DNA of 64,000 bases from an uncultured cyanobacterium (GCA_963793265.1 CAWBZI010000006.1:768001-832000); one strand, 5' to 3'; shown: positions 1-10,586, counted from the first letter of the stretch. Notes: generated by a model from the letters alone, not told the origin. Numbers and translations: made by a program.

Positions 1-919
1 CTTCAAATAACATTACCCCACGGTTCGTCCCAAAATCTGCCCGAGCAATTCCCAAACAGTCTTGCAGCCAGCGTCGCCACTCGCCTAATCGCTCTGGCGT
101 CGTTGCTAGAACTAGCACGCATAAACGCTGATCGTAGATAGCGTGCATACAAGAAATCGCAGCAGAAGCCACCAATACGTTTTGCAAACGACTGCCCATG
201 CTCTTTACCGAGCCGCGTCCGCCCTGCGTAAAAAACCAGTTAGAGGCGCGCTCGGCATGAATGGGCTCAAAGGTACGCCGAAGCTGCCAGGGGGGGCCGT
301 AGTAATCAGGGCGAGTGCGGTATTGATCCAGCAGGCTGTTGATGCGATCGCGCTGCTGAGCAAACCGTTGCGCCGCCAAAGGCACAATCTCACCATCGTC
401 GCTTGTCGTATCCGTGGCAGGCGCTACCGGCACGGCAGGGGCAGCAGGCGGCGTCAAATCCATCTCCTCAGCCGCCGATACCAAATCCTGCAGGCTGCCG
501 ACCAAGTAGTTCTTAAAAGCCTGCACCCGAATGGCCACATCCTGAGAGCTACCCGCGAAGCTAGAGCGCATCTCCGTCTCTATTTGCTCTTTGCGTCGCT
601 CTAACTGTTCTATTTCTGATTGCAGCTCGCGCCGCCTTTGCTCTAAATCTCTCAGCCCCGCGCGCACGAGCTGATCGACATCAGCGCCGACACCAGTAGA
701 CCGGATGCCGCTGCCACCTGACAAGCCAGAAGCAGATAGACCTCTGCTGCTACGGTCAGAGCGCTGCAAGCCTAAGGGGCGCTTGGGGGCAGAATCGCCG
801 GATATTTGACCGGCTCTCTCGTCGGGAGTCTGTGTAGGAGAATGCTCGTAGCCAGTAGAGCTGCTGTCCGTACTTCGCGGAGTCGTATTATCAGCAGAAT
901 TAGGGTCTTCAGGAGGCAT
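1..919 (-). CDS. DUF3086 domain protein (3' end runs off the window)
   Basis: Not in the ORF track. Manual translation from the ATG at 919 is open to position 1 and contains EMRSSFAGSSQDVAIRVQAFKNYLVGSLQDL and WFFTQGGRGA, typical of cyanobacterial DUF3086. Usual position downstream of proC. Confidence 0.85.
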   Translation of the reverse strand, partial: MPPEDPNSADNTTPRSTDSSSTGYEHSPTQTPDERAGQISGDSAPKRPLGLQRSDRSSRGLSASGLSGGSGIRSTGVGADVDQLVRAGLRDLEQRRRELQSEIEQLERRKEQIETEMRSSFAGSSQDVAIRVQAFKNYLVGSLQDLVSAAEEMDLTPPAAPAVPVAPATDTTSDDGEIVPLAAQRFAQQRDRINSLLDQYRTRPDYYGPPWQLRRTFEPIHAERASNWFFTQGGRGSVKSMGSRLQNVLVASAAISCMHAIYDQRLCVLVLATTPERLGEWRRWLQDCLGIARADFGTNRGVMLFE

Positions 920-951
920 GGCGCGGCAAGGCGTACGATACTAACTGTTAA

Positions 952-979
952 AAATGGCTGTCTAGAAATGGCTGTCTAG
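952..979. repeat. Perfect 14-bp tandem duplication AAATGGCTGTCTAG x2
   Basis: Read directly: 952-965 and 966-979, just 3' of the proC stop. Confidence 0.9.
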
Positions 980-992
980 GAATAATAGAATA

Positions 993-1817
993 TCAAGCGC
1001 TAGGCGGCTGAGGTTTGCCCAGCTCTCGCGATCGCGAACTTGCCACCCGTACGGCCTCAATCAGCGCCGAGCGCAGCCCCAACTCTTCTAAGCAGGCAAT
1101 CCCCGCAATGGTCGTGCCGCCAGGACTGGTTACTCTATCTTTCAGCTCGGCTGGGTGTATTCCTGTTTTTTGCACAAGCTCAGCGGTGCCTAGCACGGTC
1201 TGAACGGCAAGCTGATTTGCGATCACTCTAGGCAATCCCGACGCCACCCCGCCATCAGCTAGCGCCTCAATTACAATCGACACATAGCCTGGCCCCGAGC
1301 CTGAAAGCCCCGTTACCGCGTCCATCATGACCTCGGGCACCTGCACCACCTGACCAACGGCGGAGAATATTTCGTGAGCCAGCTTGCCGTGCTGAGGTGA
1401 GGTGCGAGAGCCGAGTGCGATCGCTGTCATTCCCGCACCCACCGTCGAAGGCGTATTTGGCATCGCTCTGACTACTGGCCAGCCCGGCACAGCATCTTCT
1501 AGCTTACTTAGCGGCACTCCAGCCAAGATTGAAAGTACTAAGGGCGGCGTTTCGCAGCGTGCGCCCTGAAAATCTTGTGCCACCAGTGAAAAAATCTGGG
1601 GCTTGATGGCCAGCAAAATGACCTTGCCTGATTCAATCACCGTTCGGTTGCTGTCGGTTGTCTGTATGCCGTACTGTTCGGCTAGCACCTCGCGACGTTC
1701 GGGCGAAGGTTCGCCCACTATCATCTCATCAGGAGCATATAGCCCCTGAGAAAGAAGGCGAGATAATAGAGCTTCCCCCATTACCCCGCCGCCAATCATG
1801 CCAAGTCTTACAGGCAA
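993..1817 (-). CDS. proC: Pyrroline-5-carboxylate reductase
   Basis: GxGxMG Rossmann start, RAMPNTP, TGLSGSGPGY, VTSPGGTTIAG motifs. Confidence 0.97.
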   Translation of the reverse strand: MPVRLGMIGGGVMGEALLSRLLSQGLYAPDEMIVGEPSPERREVLAEQYGIQTTDSNRTVIESGKVILLAIKPQIFSLVAQDFQGARCETPPLVLSILAGVPLSKLEDAVPGWPVVRAMPNTPSTVGAGMTAIALGSRTSPQHGKLAHEIFSAVGQVVQVPEVMMDAVTGLSGSGPGYVSIVIEALADGGVASGLPRVIANQLAVQTVLGTAELVQKTGIHPAELKDRVTSPGGTTIAGIACLEELGLRSALIEAVRVASSRSRELGKPQPPSA

Positions 1818-1910
1818 AAGATCGCAACTCTCGTAATTTCCTAAACAGCATACCGCGAATAGGCCATTGCAAGAGTGAAGTGTGTCTCTACATCTAGCTT
1901 ACTAGAGGTC

Positions 1911-2525
1911 TTATGCCATGCGAGCGATTTGCTCGGTAGCCCAGGCTGGTGTAGGCGCAGTTTGACGAGGCGCACTCACAGGCTCTTGACCCGTGAAGCC
2001 GTCTTCGCCTTCAGAAGGCATACTTACCTGAACACAGTTAGGCGTGAACAAGAAGATGCTTTCGCCAATGCGCTCTTGGTGGCCATCCATGGCATAGGTA
2101 CCACCGGCTACAAAGTCAACGGCGCGCTGAGCCTGGTCGGGATCCATGATCGTGAGGTTGAGAACAACCGACTTGCGCTCACGCAAGGCTTGAATAGCCT
2201 GAGGCATTTCTTCAAAGGTGCGAGGCTCCATGACCAGCACTTCGCTCATTCCATTCATAGCGCCAGGCATACCAATCACATTATTCATTGAAACCATTCC
2301 AGATTCTGTGGACAAAACTCTCTCGCGGATGCGGCGGCGAGCAGGACGCGCCTCTTCTACCGGGGCCATAGCAGGCGGAACGGGGGGTGCGACCGCCTCA
2401 GCTTCGACGTTTTCTTCTTCGTAAAGGCTCTGATACTCGTCGCCTTCTTCTTCATATTCGTATTCGTAATCAGCCGGATCGTTCAATCCAACAAAGTCCT
2501 TTATTTTCCCAAAAAGACCACTCAT
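1911..2525 (-). CDS. sepF: Cell division protein SepF
   Basis: [27 protein letters not shown]...[11 protein letters not shown]...FLFTP. Start placed at [11 protein letters not shown] (ATG 2525) rather than the longer track start. Confidence 0.95.
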   Translation of the reverse strand: MSGLFGKIKDFVGLNDPADYEYEYEEEGDEYQSLYEEENVEAEAVAPPVPPAMAPVEEARPARRRIRERVLSTESGMVSMNNVIGMPGAMNGMSEVLVMEPRTFEEMPQAIQALRERKSVVLNLTIMDPDQAQRAVDFVAGGTYAMDGHQERIGESIFLFTPNCVQVSMPSEGEDGFTGQEPVSAPRQTAPTPAWATEQIARMA

Positions 2526-2995
2526 TTCCTGCGCTCCATACACGACATTTTGACGACTTGGCAACCTACAGCCACAGCTACTTAAAGGCGAAGGCTGTAG
2601 TGATGTGGCAATAAAACTAAAGCATTCCCTGTCAAAGTTCAATCCCTTTTAATAAGAATTTCGTTTTTGAATAGCACTCGATCGATACATCAAGGATCGA
2701 AGTTTCAAAAGCGCAGTGGGGAGAAAGAACGACTTTAAAAAACTCTCAGGCGATCGCCCTTAAATGGCTGGCCTTCAGTAGTTCTTAAAAGCTGAAAATG
2801 AATCCTAAGTATTACTGCATATAACGGCTTAGCATACTGGTTTTTTGGTCAACTTTTACACGCGTTTACACTTGCGCAAAAACCGACGGTGGTAACCGGA
2901 ATCAGAAACCTAATTCATCCGGCCTTTATAACTAGATGCACAAGCATTAGCCCACGGCTCAGAAGATATGTCAAGCCTTTTTTCTTTTCTTTTGA

Positions 2996-3736
2996 TCATC
3001 TTCTTGGCGCTGCTTTATTCTCGCGCTGTCCAAAGAGGCTACTGCCCAGTCTTATCAACGTAGCACCTGCTGCGATCGCTGCCTCAAAGTCTCCTGACAT
3101 TCCCATCGAAAGCTCTGACATCCTAATTCGCTCAAGCCCCAGCGTCTGAATATGCTGTGCTAATGCTTTTCCTCGTTCAAAAACCGCCTGTGTCTCAGCG
3201 GCGGGCAGTCCGTACGGCGCAATCACCATCAGCCCAACGATGTTCAAATGCGCCAGCCGATCGAGATCAGGCAGTGCTGCGATGAGGTCTTCTTGTTCAA
3301 AACCATCTTTAGACGGGTCTACCGCGAGCTTTACTTGCAAGCAGCAGGTCGGTCGTTTGCCGAGTTCTGCGGCCTGTTTGTCTAACCGAGTAGCAAGCTT
3401 CAGGCTATCGACAGAGTGAATCCAGTCAAAATGCTCCAGAACTTTGCGGCTTTTATTTGACTGCACATGACCAATAAAATGCCAGGTCACCTCCGTAAGC
3501 TCACTTAGCTCTGCCTGTTTCGCTAAAGCTTCTTGCACTTTGTTTTCGGCAAAATCTCGGATGCCGTTAGCGTAAGCAGCGCGTACTATCGCTGCTGGAA
3601 ATGTTTTGGTGACGGCAATCAGTCGCACCGTCTGAGGGAGTAATGGCCGAATCTTTTTTAGGCGCACACCTATATCGTCGATGCTGGTGCCGGTGTCACT
3701 GGCAGCCGTTTTTGTCTTGCGACCATCAGAGTTCAT
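2996..3736 (-). CDS. pipY: YggS/PipY family PLP-homeostasis protein
   Basis: LIAVTKT (PLP lysine), FAENKVQE, WHFIGHVQSNK, LSMGMSGD; directly downstream of pipX. Confidence 0.95.
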   Translation of the reverse strand: MNSDGRKTKTAASDTGTSIDDIGVRLKKIRPLLPQTVRLIAVTKTFPAAIVRAAYANGIRDFAENKVQEALAKQAELSELTEVTWHFIGHVQSNKSRKVLEHFDWIHSVDSLKLATRLDKQAAELGKRPTCCLQVKLAVDPSKDGFEQEDLIAALPDLDRLAHLNIVGLMVIAPYGLPAAETQAVFERGKALAQHIQTLGLERIRMSELSMGMSGDFEAAIAAGATLIRLGSSLFGQRENKAAPRR

Positions 3737-3739
3737 GGC

Positions 3740-4006
3740 TTAAAAGGCTTGCTTATATGTCTTTTGAAGCAGATCGTATTCGGCTTGTTGGCCTGTACGC
3801 CGGATCACGCGAAGGCGCTGTTCTATGAGCTGCTTGGCTTCTATGCGACCTGTTGGCTCAAAAGCAAGGCCACTAGAGTCGTTAGTAACTAAGAAAAATA
3901 GTCGGTGTGCATATAGCGTAGCGAATAGTTCTTGTCCTTCACCGACCAGGCAAATCCTGAAGAGCAAGCCAAAGTTAGGATGGTTTAGATAGGTTTCTGT
4001 GCTCAT
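3740..4006 (-). CDS. pipX: PII/NtcA interactor PipX
   Basis: ETYLNHPNFGLLFRIC...ELFATLYAHRLFFLV, 88 aa. Confidence 0.96.
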   Translation of the reverse strand: MSTETYLNHPNFGLLFRICLVGEGQELFATLYAHRLFFLVTNDSSGLAFEPTGRIEAKQLIEQRLRVIRRTGQQAEYDLLQKTYKQAF

Positions 4007-4312
4007 TCAGGCTGTCGGGTTGTGAAAGGTAGAAGATAGGTTGGTGATGAAGCCGTAGGTATAGGAAGAATCGCTACACGGAAATTCATCAAAAAATTAG
4101 TTTTATAGTTAGTATTGTGCCCAAGCACAAATATGCCTTGTTACGACTGAGTTTACAGCCTTTTACCGACGATTCGCCCAAATGTTGTTAAGGGCTTTCA
4201 CCGCAGCATGGTTCCTAAGTACAAACGTGCTTTGTCGGTGATATATATCACGCTTAACAGGTGTCTGTTATCAAAGAGCTGCGACTATTCTAACGACTGT
4301 TTAATTGAGTCA

Positions 4313-4371
4313 AGGTTTGATGCTAGAGGTTTGATGCTAGAGGTTTGATGATAAAGGTTTAGAGCTAGAGG
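4313..4371. repeat. 14-bp tandem repeat AGGTTTGATGCTAG, about 4 copies (2 perfect, 2 degenerate)
   Basis: Units start at 4313, 4327, 4341 and 4355; the last overlaps the stop codon at 4365-4367. Confidence 0.9.
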
Positions 4372-5843
4372 CCAAGGGCCAGCAGTTGAGCTTTGGCTTT
4401 TTGCAAAGACTCCTGCCATTCGCGAGCAGGCTGGCTATCAGCAACAATGCCTGCACCGACCTGTCCCCATACGGTGCCTTCTGACATTAGCAACGTGCGA
4501 ATAAGGATATTGAGATCGAGTCGTCCGCGCCGATCTAAATACCCACACGAACCGTAAAACAAACTGCGCCGAACCGGCTCTAAAGTTTCAATGATTTCCA
4601 TGCAGCGTACTTTAGGGCAGCCGGTAATCGTGCCGCCTGGAAATAACGCCGCTATTAGCTGAGCAGTTGAATGCCGCTTGTCTAACTTGCCAGTGACGTT
4701 ACTCACTAAATGCATAACGTGGCTGTAGCGTTCAACGGTCATCAGTTCCTCAACCTGTACTGATCCCCATTCACACACGCGGCCCAAATCGTTACGCTCA
4801 AGGTCAACAAGCATAATGTGCTCGGCTTTCTCTTTGCGATCGCCCCTCAGCTCAGTCGCGATCGCCTCGTCATCTACTGCGCTCTTCCCGCGCGGCCTCG
4901 TCCCTGCAATTGGCCTTGACTGAGCCTTACCCGCCTTCAAATGCACTAGCCGCTCAGGCGAACAGCTCACCACCGCCCCCCACGGAGTATGCCAGTAGCT
5001 CGCAAACGGTGACGGGTTTATTGTATGCAGCCTTTTATAAACCTCCCAGCTAGGCAGTGCAGTTTGCGCTTGAAACCGCAGCGAATGATTGACCTGAAAT
5101 ACGTCGCCCGCGCGAATATGCGCCTTGGCTTTTGTCACGGCCTGTTCAAAGGCGGTGCGCTCAGTTTCAAAGTGCAGGGCGTCTGTCTGCGATTTTTTAT
5201 CTATATATAAGGGGTTGTATAGAGAATCGTTAGGTTGATAGGAATACTGCTGAAGTCTCGTGGCTAATTCTTCTAAGCACTCAGGACGCTCTGCCGCTAT
5301 CCAAAGCTGCTGACGGTGATGATCGAGCACTGCAAACTCTGCCGGTTCATACCAGAAAGCGACTGGAAAAGGCAGCGTATCCTCTTTTAGCCAGGGCAGG
5401 CGCTCTATCTCCCACGCGCAGTCATAGCCTAGCCAGCCCAGCCAGCCGCCAACAAAAGGAAGGGCTTCGTTAGGCCGAGCGCCCTCTGATTTTTTTAGAC
5501 CCTGGGCGCGTCCTAAAGTCTCTATAAAGGGCAGCACGTATCCAAGTTGAGGCGTCCACATCTGAGCTTGACCTGCAACGACTCTAGGTGCGCCCGCGCA
5601 AATGGAATAGCGGATCATTTGACTGGCAGATTCGGGCAGTGAGTCAGGGGTTAAAGGATACGGGCTTTCGAGTAGAGTTGCGATCGCCCCCATCCCAACA
5701 CCTGTCACCTGAGATTGAAACAGCGCCTCAAAAACTTCAGAGCCTGTTCGATGGTTAAGGGGTAGCGATCGCCAATAAAACTGCTCGCAAGGCGCCAACC
5801 GAGAACTCATCTGAGCGTCATCTGCCACCTTTGCTCTCCCCAA
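4365..5843 (-). CDS. Chorismate-binding enzyme, anthranilate synthase component I family (probably aminodeoxychorismate synthase PabB-type)
   Basis: LLES, GDVFQVN, NPSPF, PIAGTRPRG, AEHIMLVDLERNDLGRV, GAGIVADS. Alternative start ATG 5810. TrpE versus PabB cannot be resolved by eye. Confidence 0.85.
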   Translation of the reverse strand: MGRAKVADDAQMSSRLAPCEQFYWRSLPLNHRTGSEVFEALFQSQVTGVGMGAIATLLESPYPLTPDSLPESASQMIRYSICAGAPRVVAGQAQMWTPQLGYVLPFIETLGRAQGLKKSEGARPNEALPFVGGWLGWLGYDCAWEIERLPWLKEDTLPFPVAFWYEPAEFAVLDHHRQQLWIAAERPECLEELATRLQQYSYQPNDSLYNPLYIDKKSQTDALHFETERTAFEQAVTKAKAHIRAGDVFQVNHSLRFQAQTALPSWEVYKRLHTINPSPFASYWHTPWGAVVSCSPERLVHLKAGKAQSRPIAGTRPRGKSAVDDEAIATELRGDRKEKAEHIMLVDLERNDLGRVCEWGSVQVEELMTVERYSHVMHLVSNVTGKLDKRHSTAQLIAALFPGGTITGCPKVRCMEIIETLEPVRRSLFYGSCGYLDRRGRLDLNILIRTLLMSEGTVWGQVGAGIVADSQPAREWQESLQKAKAQLLALGL

Positions 5844-5846
5844 ATC

Positions 5847-6794
5847 TTAAGCAACGCCTCCTAATACAATTCGGCCCCACCAAAACAAAGCCAGTCCGCC
5901 CATCACCAGCCAGTCCCACCAGCGCAGTCGAAGCTGATGCCACACCACGCGATGCTCACTCGGGCTGGTAAATCCTCTCACCTGCATAGCACTAGCAATC
6001 TGCTCAGCGCGCAACAGCAAATTTTCAATCAGTCGCTCTGACACCATCAGCCAAATCTGGATCGCGCCCCGTACGCCCAGCTTTTGCCACTTAATCGCGC
6101 GGGTGCGAATCGATCTCACTAAGTTTTGGACTTCTTCGAGTACCAGTGGAATAAACCGCAGCGCTAGCGTTAGGGTCAGCGCTACTTCGGTGACTGGAAT
6201 ACCTAGTTTTTTTAGCGGCTGCATCAGGTCTTCAATGCCTTCGGTGATTTCTTCGGGCGCAGTCGTGAGCAAAAATAAGGTGGTTGAATAGATTAGCGTA
6301 AATAGCAGCGTGCTAATTTTGATGGCAATTCGGCGCGATCGCTGCGTGATATAAATGCCTAAATTAATCGGTCTTTTGGCAATTTCGATATTAACGATGT
6401 CATACCGATAGCGCGTAGCGTCGGGCACTTCCGGCAGCATTTCAGGCGGCGTCACATCATTCGGCCAGTCTTGCAAAGCTTGAGGCGTAGGCAACCGGGG
6501 CTGCTGAGATATCGCGATGCCATCAGGCGACACCAGCACCAACGCGGTGATCAAACAACCCAGCAGCAGCAGCCAGCCCATTTGCTGTCGCCACACACGC
6601 AGCGGAATACGGGCGCTAATCGTGAGCAGCACCAAAAACAAAACGAGAGCGATACGATATATCTCATTAGCCAAAACCGGGGCGAGTAGTATGCTCAGTA
6701 GCCAGATGGTTTTGACACGAGCATCAATGCGGTGAAGCCAGGTGACCGGCTGTTCTAGATAGAGGCCGATGGGGAGCGATCGCAATAAATCCAT
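5847..6794 (-). CDS. ECF transporter T component (Ycf92/CbiQ family)
   Basis: MDLLRSLPIGLY start, multiple TM segments, LRFIPLVLEEVQNL, AMQVRGF. Confidence 0.9.
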   Translation of the reverse strand: MDLLRSLPIGLYLEQPVTWLHRIDARVKTIWLLSILLAPVLANEIYRIALVLFLVLLTISARIPLRVWRQQMGWLLLLGCLITALVLVSPDGIAISQQPRLPTPQALQDWPNDVTPPEMLPEVPDATRYRYDIVNIEIAKRPINLGIYITQRSRRIAIKISTLLFTLIYSTTLFLLTTAPEEITEGIEDLMQPLKKLGIPVTEVALTLTLALRFIPLVLEEVQNLVRSIRTRAIKWQKLGVRGAIQIWLMVSERLIENLLLRAEQIASAMQVRGFTSPSEHRVVWHQLRLRWWDWLVMGGLALFWWGRIVLGGVA

Positions 6795-6814
6795 AGCAAT
6801 ACTTTAGAGCCCGC

Positions 6815-8203
6815 CTAGTTCATCCGGCCAACTTTAGTGGCTCTGTTAGCGCCCGAAGCCCGTTCCAGATCGCGCATACTCTTGCCGCGCCACATCAGTC
6901 GAATCGGCGTACCGTCATAGCCTAAGTTTTTACGAAACTGCTTTTCCATGTAGCGGCGATAGCTTTCGCCAAAGAGCTTAGGGTCGTTGACGAACAGGGC
7001 AAAAGAAGGGGGCTGCGATCGCACCTGAGTCCCGTAATAAATTCGCCCCTGCCGCCCTTGCCGTGTAGTCGGCGGCGTATGCCAGCTCACCGAATCTGCA
7101 ATCACTTCATTGACTACCGAAGTCGTCACCCGGCGGCGATGCTGCTCTACCGAGGCATCTACTGCATCTAAGATATTCGGCAACCGCTGCCCGGTCAGCG
7201 CGCTCACGTACAGCCGCTTTGCCCAGCCCAGAAAGTGCAGCTTCGCTTCAATCGTCTTATCAAACTCATAAATAGTGTGCGAATCCTTATCAATCGCATC
7301 CCACTTATTTACCACAATCACGCAGGCCCGGCCTTCTTCCTCAATTCGCCCCGCCAGCTTTTGATCCTGCTCCGTTACCCCGTCTAGTGCATCCACAACC
7401 AACAGCACCACGTCGGCTCGTTTAATCGCCTTAAAAGCACGGTTAATCCCAAAGAACTCTGGGCCAAAGTTCACATTTTTCTTCTTACGAATGCCCGCCG
7501 TATCAATCAGTCGGTAGCGCTTAAGATCGTCGCCCTCGCCACGGGTAACGACCATATCAATTGAGTCACGCGTCGTCCCTGAAATTGGGCTCACAATCGA
7601 CCGACTCTCACCGACAAAGGCATTCAGCATACTAGACTTACCCACGTTGGGCCGTCCTACAATCGCCACGCGATATTCTTCAATCTCTTCAATCTCATCA
7701 GTCGGCGGTAAATGCTCTACCAGTATGTCCAGCAGCTCGCCCGTACCGCTGCCGTGAATTGCTGACACCGGGTAGGGCTCACCGAGTCCTAGCTCCCAAA
7801 ACTGCGCCGCCTGAATCAAGCCTTCATCTGGCGACTCACACTTATTCACAGCCAGCAAAACCGGCACGCCCTGAGTGCGCAGCCAGCTTGCAATTTCCTG
7901 ATCGCCTTCGGTCGGGCCAAACTGCCCATCTACAACGAAAATAGCCGCAGACGCTTCAGTCAGCGCCGCCAGCGCTTGCTCGCGAATGAACGGTAAGAAT
8001 TCTGTATTGTCATCAAAAACCAGTCCGCCTGTGTCTACGACCAAAAAGTCGCGGTCTTTCCAAAAGGCAGGTTGATAGGTGCGATCGCGCGTCACCCCCG
8101 GCAGATCAAACACAATCGACTGCCGCCCGCCCGCCAACCGGTTCACCAGCGCCGACTTGCCCACATTAGGGCGACCAATAACAGCAACAATCGGAAGAAC
8201 CAT
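6815..8203 (-). CDS. der: Ribosome biogenesis GTPase Der/EngA
   Basis: Two GRPNVGKS P-loops, DTGG/DTAG and NKCE/NKWD motifs, KH-like C-terminus; start at MVLPIVAV. Confidence 0.97.
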   Translation of the reverse strand: MVLPIVAVIGRPNVGKSALVNRLAGGRQSIVFDLPGVTRDRTYQPAFWKDRDFLVVDTGGLVFDDNTEFLPFIREQALAALTEASAAIFVVDGQFGPTEGDQEIASWLRTQGVPVLLAVNKCESPDEGLIQAAQFWELGLGEPYPVSAIHGSGTGELLDILVEHLPPTDEIEEIEEYRVAIVGRPNVGKSSMLNAFVGESRSIVSPISGTTRDSIDMVVTRGEGDDLKRYRLIDTAGIRKKKNVNFGPEFFGINRAFKAIKRADVVLLVVDALDGVTEQDQKLAGRIEEEGRACVIVVNKWDAIDKDSHTIYEFDKTIEAKLHFLGWAKRLYVSALTGQRLPNILDAVDASVEQHRRRVTTSVVNEVIADSVSWHTPPTTRQGRQGRIYYGTQVRSQPPSFALFVNDPKLFGESYRRYMEKQFRKNLGYDGTPIRLMWRGKSMRDLERASGANRATKVGRMN

Positions 8204-8275
8204 AGCGAAACGGGCCTCAAAACCGAGGCGCTGCAAACGAAAGAATCATTGTAGCAACTCTACGGCAGCGTGAAG

Positions 8276-8989
8276 TCATAGCACCGCCTGAATCTCCGCC
8301 TTTGCCTCCTTCCTCAGCCCCGCCGATATCCGAAACAGCTCTTGCCCCGTATGCAAATAGCTATCGTCATACGTATAGGTAAACCGCTCAATCTCCTCGA
8401 TGCCGTCCTCAAGCTGATTTAGGCAGTAGTACAAATTCGCCGCCCCGCTTGCCACACCTGCCGGATTCGGCATTGATTTAAACTTCGCCTGAGCTTTTTC
8501 TAAAGACGCCCGGCACTCTTCTATATAGGTTTGAAAAACTTCCATCAATTCATCGTCAAACGGATCGGCTGACAGCGCTCTTACCTCAGCTTTTAACGGT
8601 TTGATGATCTTGCCAATCAGTCGATCGGTCGGTGTATATACGCTACGAAGCCACTGTTCAATAGTGGTGGTCGAAGCCGCATTGGCACGACGCTTACGAT
8701 ACTGGCCCTGCGCAGCGCTAGCGGCACTGGCGGCTCGGTGGGCGCGATCACTCACCGCCGTCTCTAGCTTTAGCCGCTGCGCCGCATCATACTCTCGCCG
8801 CTCAGTCGCATCGCCTAGCACCTCATACGCCGCATTCACCTGCGCAATCTTATCGTGACTCTTCTTCTGATCTTTGACACTATCTTGAGCGTCGGGGTGA
8901 AACTTTTTCGCCAGCTTTCGATAGGCTTGCTTCACCTGCTCCGGGCTAGCTGCAGACGAAATCTCTAGCGTTTTGTAATGGTCACTCAT
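8276..8989 (-). CDS. J-domain protein (type III DnaJ)
   Basis: N-terminal J domain with HPD (KKFHPD) and NAAYEVLGD; helical cyanobacterial C-terminus. Confidence 0.9.
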   Translation of the reverse strand: MSDHYKTLEISSAASPEQVKQAYRKLAKKFHPDAQDSVKDQKKSHDKIAQVNAAYEVLGDATERREYDAAQRLKLETAVSDRAHRAASAASAAQGQYRKRRANAASTTTIEQWLRSVYTPTDRLIGKIIKPLKAEVRALSADPFDDELMEVFQTYIEECRASLEKAQAKFKSMPNPAGVASGAANLYYCLNQLEDGIEEIERFTYTYDDSYLHTGQELFRISAGLRKEAKAEIQAVL

Positions 8990-9047
8990 CAGCGCGAGGG
9001 TCGTTTAAAAAGGGCGTTTAGAACTTCCCTATTTTAACGTGCAAGAT

Positions 9048-9995
9048 CTACCCTACCGGCTCTGGATCTTGAAACAATGGCGTACTTAAGTAGCGCTCAC
9101 CAAAGCTCGGCTGGATCATCACAATCAGCTTTCCTTCATTTTCAGGGCGCTTGGCAAGTTTCACTGCCGCACATAGCGCCGCACCGCTAGAGATGCCTGA
9201 GAGAATGCCTTCTTCTTTGGCTAAGCGTCTGCCGTATGCGATCGCCTCATCATCTTTTACCGTCACTACCTCATCAATCAACCCTTGATTAAGCACCTTC
9301 GGCACAAACCCTGCACCAATCCCCTGAATCTTATGCGGCCCTGGCCGCCCACCCGAAAGCACCGAACTATTCACCGGCTCCACCGCCACTATCTGAAAGC
9401 TGGGCTTTCGTCGCTTCAGCACTTCACCGACCCCAGTAATTGTACCGCCCGTGCCTACACCCGCCACCAAAAAATCCACTTCCCCGTCCGTATCCTGCCA
9501 AATCTCCTCAGCCGTCGAACGCCGATGCACCTCTGGATTCGCCGGATTATCAAACTGTTGCAGCATATAGGCATCAGGCAGTCCTTCCACCATCTCTTGT
9601 GCTCGCTGAATGCAGCCGCTCATCCCCGACATCCCCGGCGTTAGCTCTAGCTTTGCGCCATAGGCTCGCAGCATGGCTCGCCGTTCACTGCTCATCGTCT
9701 CCGGCATCGTTAGCACTAGGTCATACCCTTTTGCCGCAGCGGCCATCGCTAGGGCAATCCCCGTATTTCCTGAAGTCGGCTCCACCAGCGTTGTCTTCCC
9801 TGGCGTTATATCGCCTGCCGCTTCTGCCGCCTCAATCATGCTAATGCCAATGCGATCCTTCACCGAAGCTGATGGATTCATTCCTTCCAGCTTCACCACA
9901 ATCTGCGCCACGCACCCTTCACTTTCAGGAATACGATGCAGCCGCACCATCGGCGTATGACCAATTAATTCAGTGACGTTGTTAGCAATTCTCAT
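9048..9995 (-). CDS. cysK: Cysteine synthase A
   Basis: NPSASVKDR (PLP lysine), [25 protein letters not shown]. Confidence 0.97.
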   Translation of the reverse strand: MRIANNVTELIGHTPMVRLHRIPESEGCVAQIVVKLEGMNPSASVKDRIGISMIEAAEAAGDITPGKTTLVEPTSGNTGIALAMAAAAKGYDLVLTMPETMSSERRAMLRAYGAKLELTPGMSGMSGCIQRAQEMVEGLPDAYMLQQFDNPANPEVHRRSTAEEIWQDTDGEVDFLVAGVGTGGTITGVGEVLKRRKPSFQIVAVEPVNSSVLSGGRPGPHKIQGIGAGFVPKVLNQGLIDEVVTVKDDEAIAYGRRLAKEEGILSGISSGAALCAAVKLAKRPENEGKLIVMIQPSFGERYLSTPLFQDPEPVG

Positions 9996-10100
9996 AGCGC
10001 TCCTAACTCAAATATGGGTCGTAATCTATGACTTTCTAAATACTCTAAATATTGGGCTCTTTAATACGCGACTTCCAAACATCAAAGCGCAATGACAGAG

Positions 10101-10535
10101 CTATATGTAATACATCAAGTCCACCTGCTGGCGGGCATTTCGCTTATCTACCAAATCTTGCAGCGTGTACTTCTCTAGCACCCGTTCGGCACCCTGACGC
10201 ACCTCTTGCCACACCTCACAGACCACTGAGCCCTCAGTCGTTTTCGCAGGCTTCGTTTCCTTTGCCTTCGCTTCAAAGCCTTCGATACAGCTCACCACGT
10301 CTAGCAACGTTATTTTCCATGGCTCCCGTGTCAGCAAATAGCCACCTTTCGCACCGCGTTGACTCTTTACAAATCCAGCGCGCCGTAAAGTTGCCAAAAG
10401 CTGCTCCAGATAGCGATCGGGAATATTTTGCTCAGCGGCAATCTGACAAATTCGGTGCGGCTCGCCCTTGCTATAGTGCAAACTCAGCTCAATCAGTGCC
10501 AGCAGCGCATATTCACTTTTGCACGACAGTTCCAC
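10101..10535 (-). CDS. Rrf2 family transcriptional regulator (CymR-like)
   Basis: YALLAL...IAAEQNIPDRYLEQL...SQRGAKGGYLL; no IscR-type Cys triad; ends MYYI; upstream of cysK. Confidence 0.92.
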   Translation of the reverse strand: MELSCKSEYALLALIELSLHYSKGEPHRICQIAAEQNIPDRYLEQLLATLRRAGFVKSQRGAKGGYLLTREPWKITLLDVVSCIEGFEAKAKETKPAKTTEGSVVCEVWQEVRQGAERVLEKYTLQDLVDKRNARQQVDLMYYI

Positions 10536-10580
10536 AGGCTCCCTTAAAAACCGCTGTTCTACGGCAGATGGCTACGTTCT

Positions 10581-10586
10581 ATTATA
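10581..10586 (-). promoter_or_regulatory. Candidate -10 box (TATAAT) for the rrf2-cysK unit
   Basis: Perfect TATAAT on the minus strand about 45 nt upstream of the GTG start; no canonical -35. Confidence 0.45.

Noticed and set aside
143..604. 153-aa plus-strand ORF and the nested 205-396 ORF
   Set aside because: Shadow frames of the DUF3086 gene on the minus strand; no recognisable motifs.
4313..4371. CRISPR-like array
   Set aside because: Units are directly adjacent, 14 bp long, with no spacers and no cas genes.
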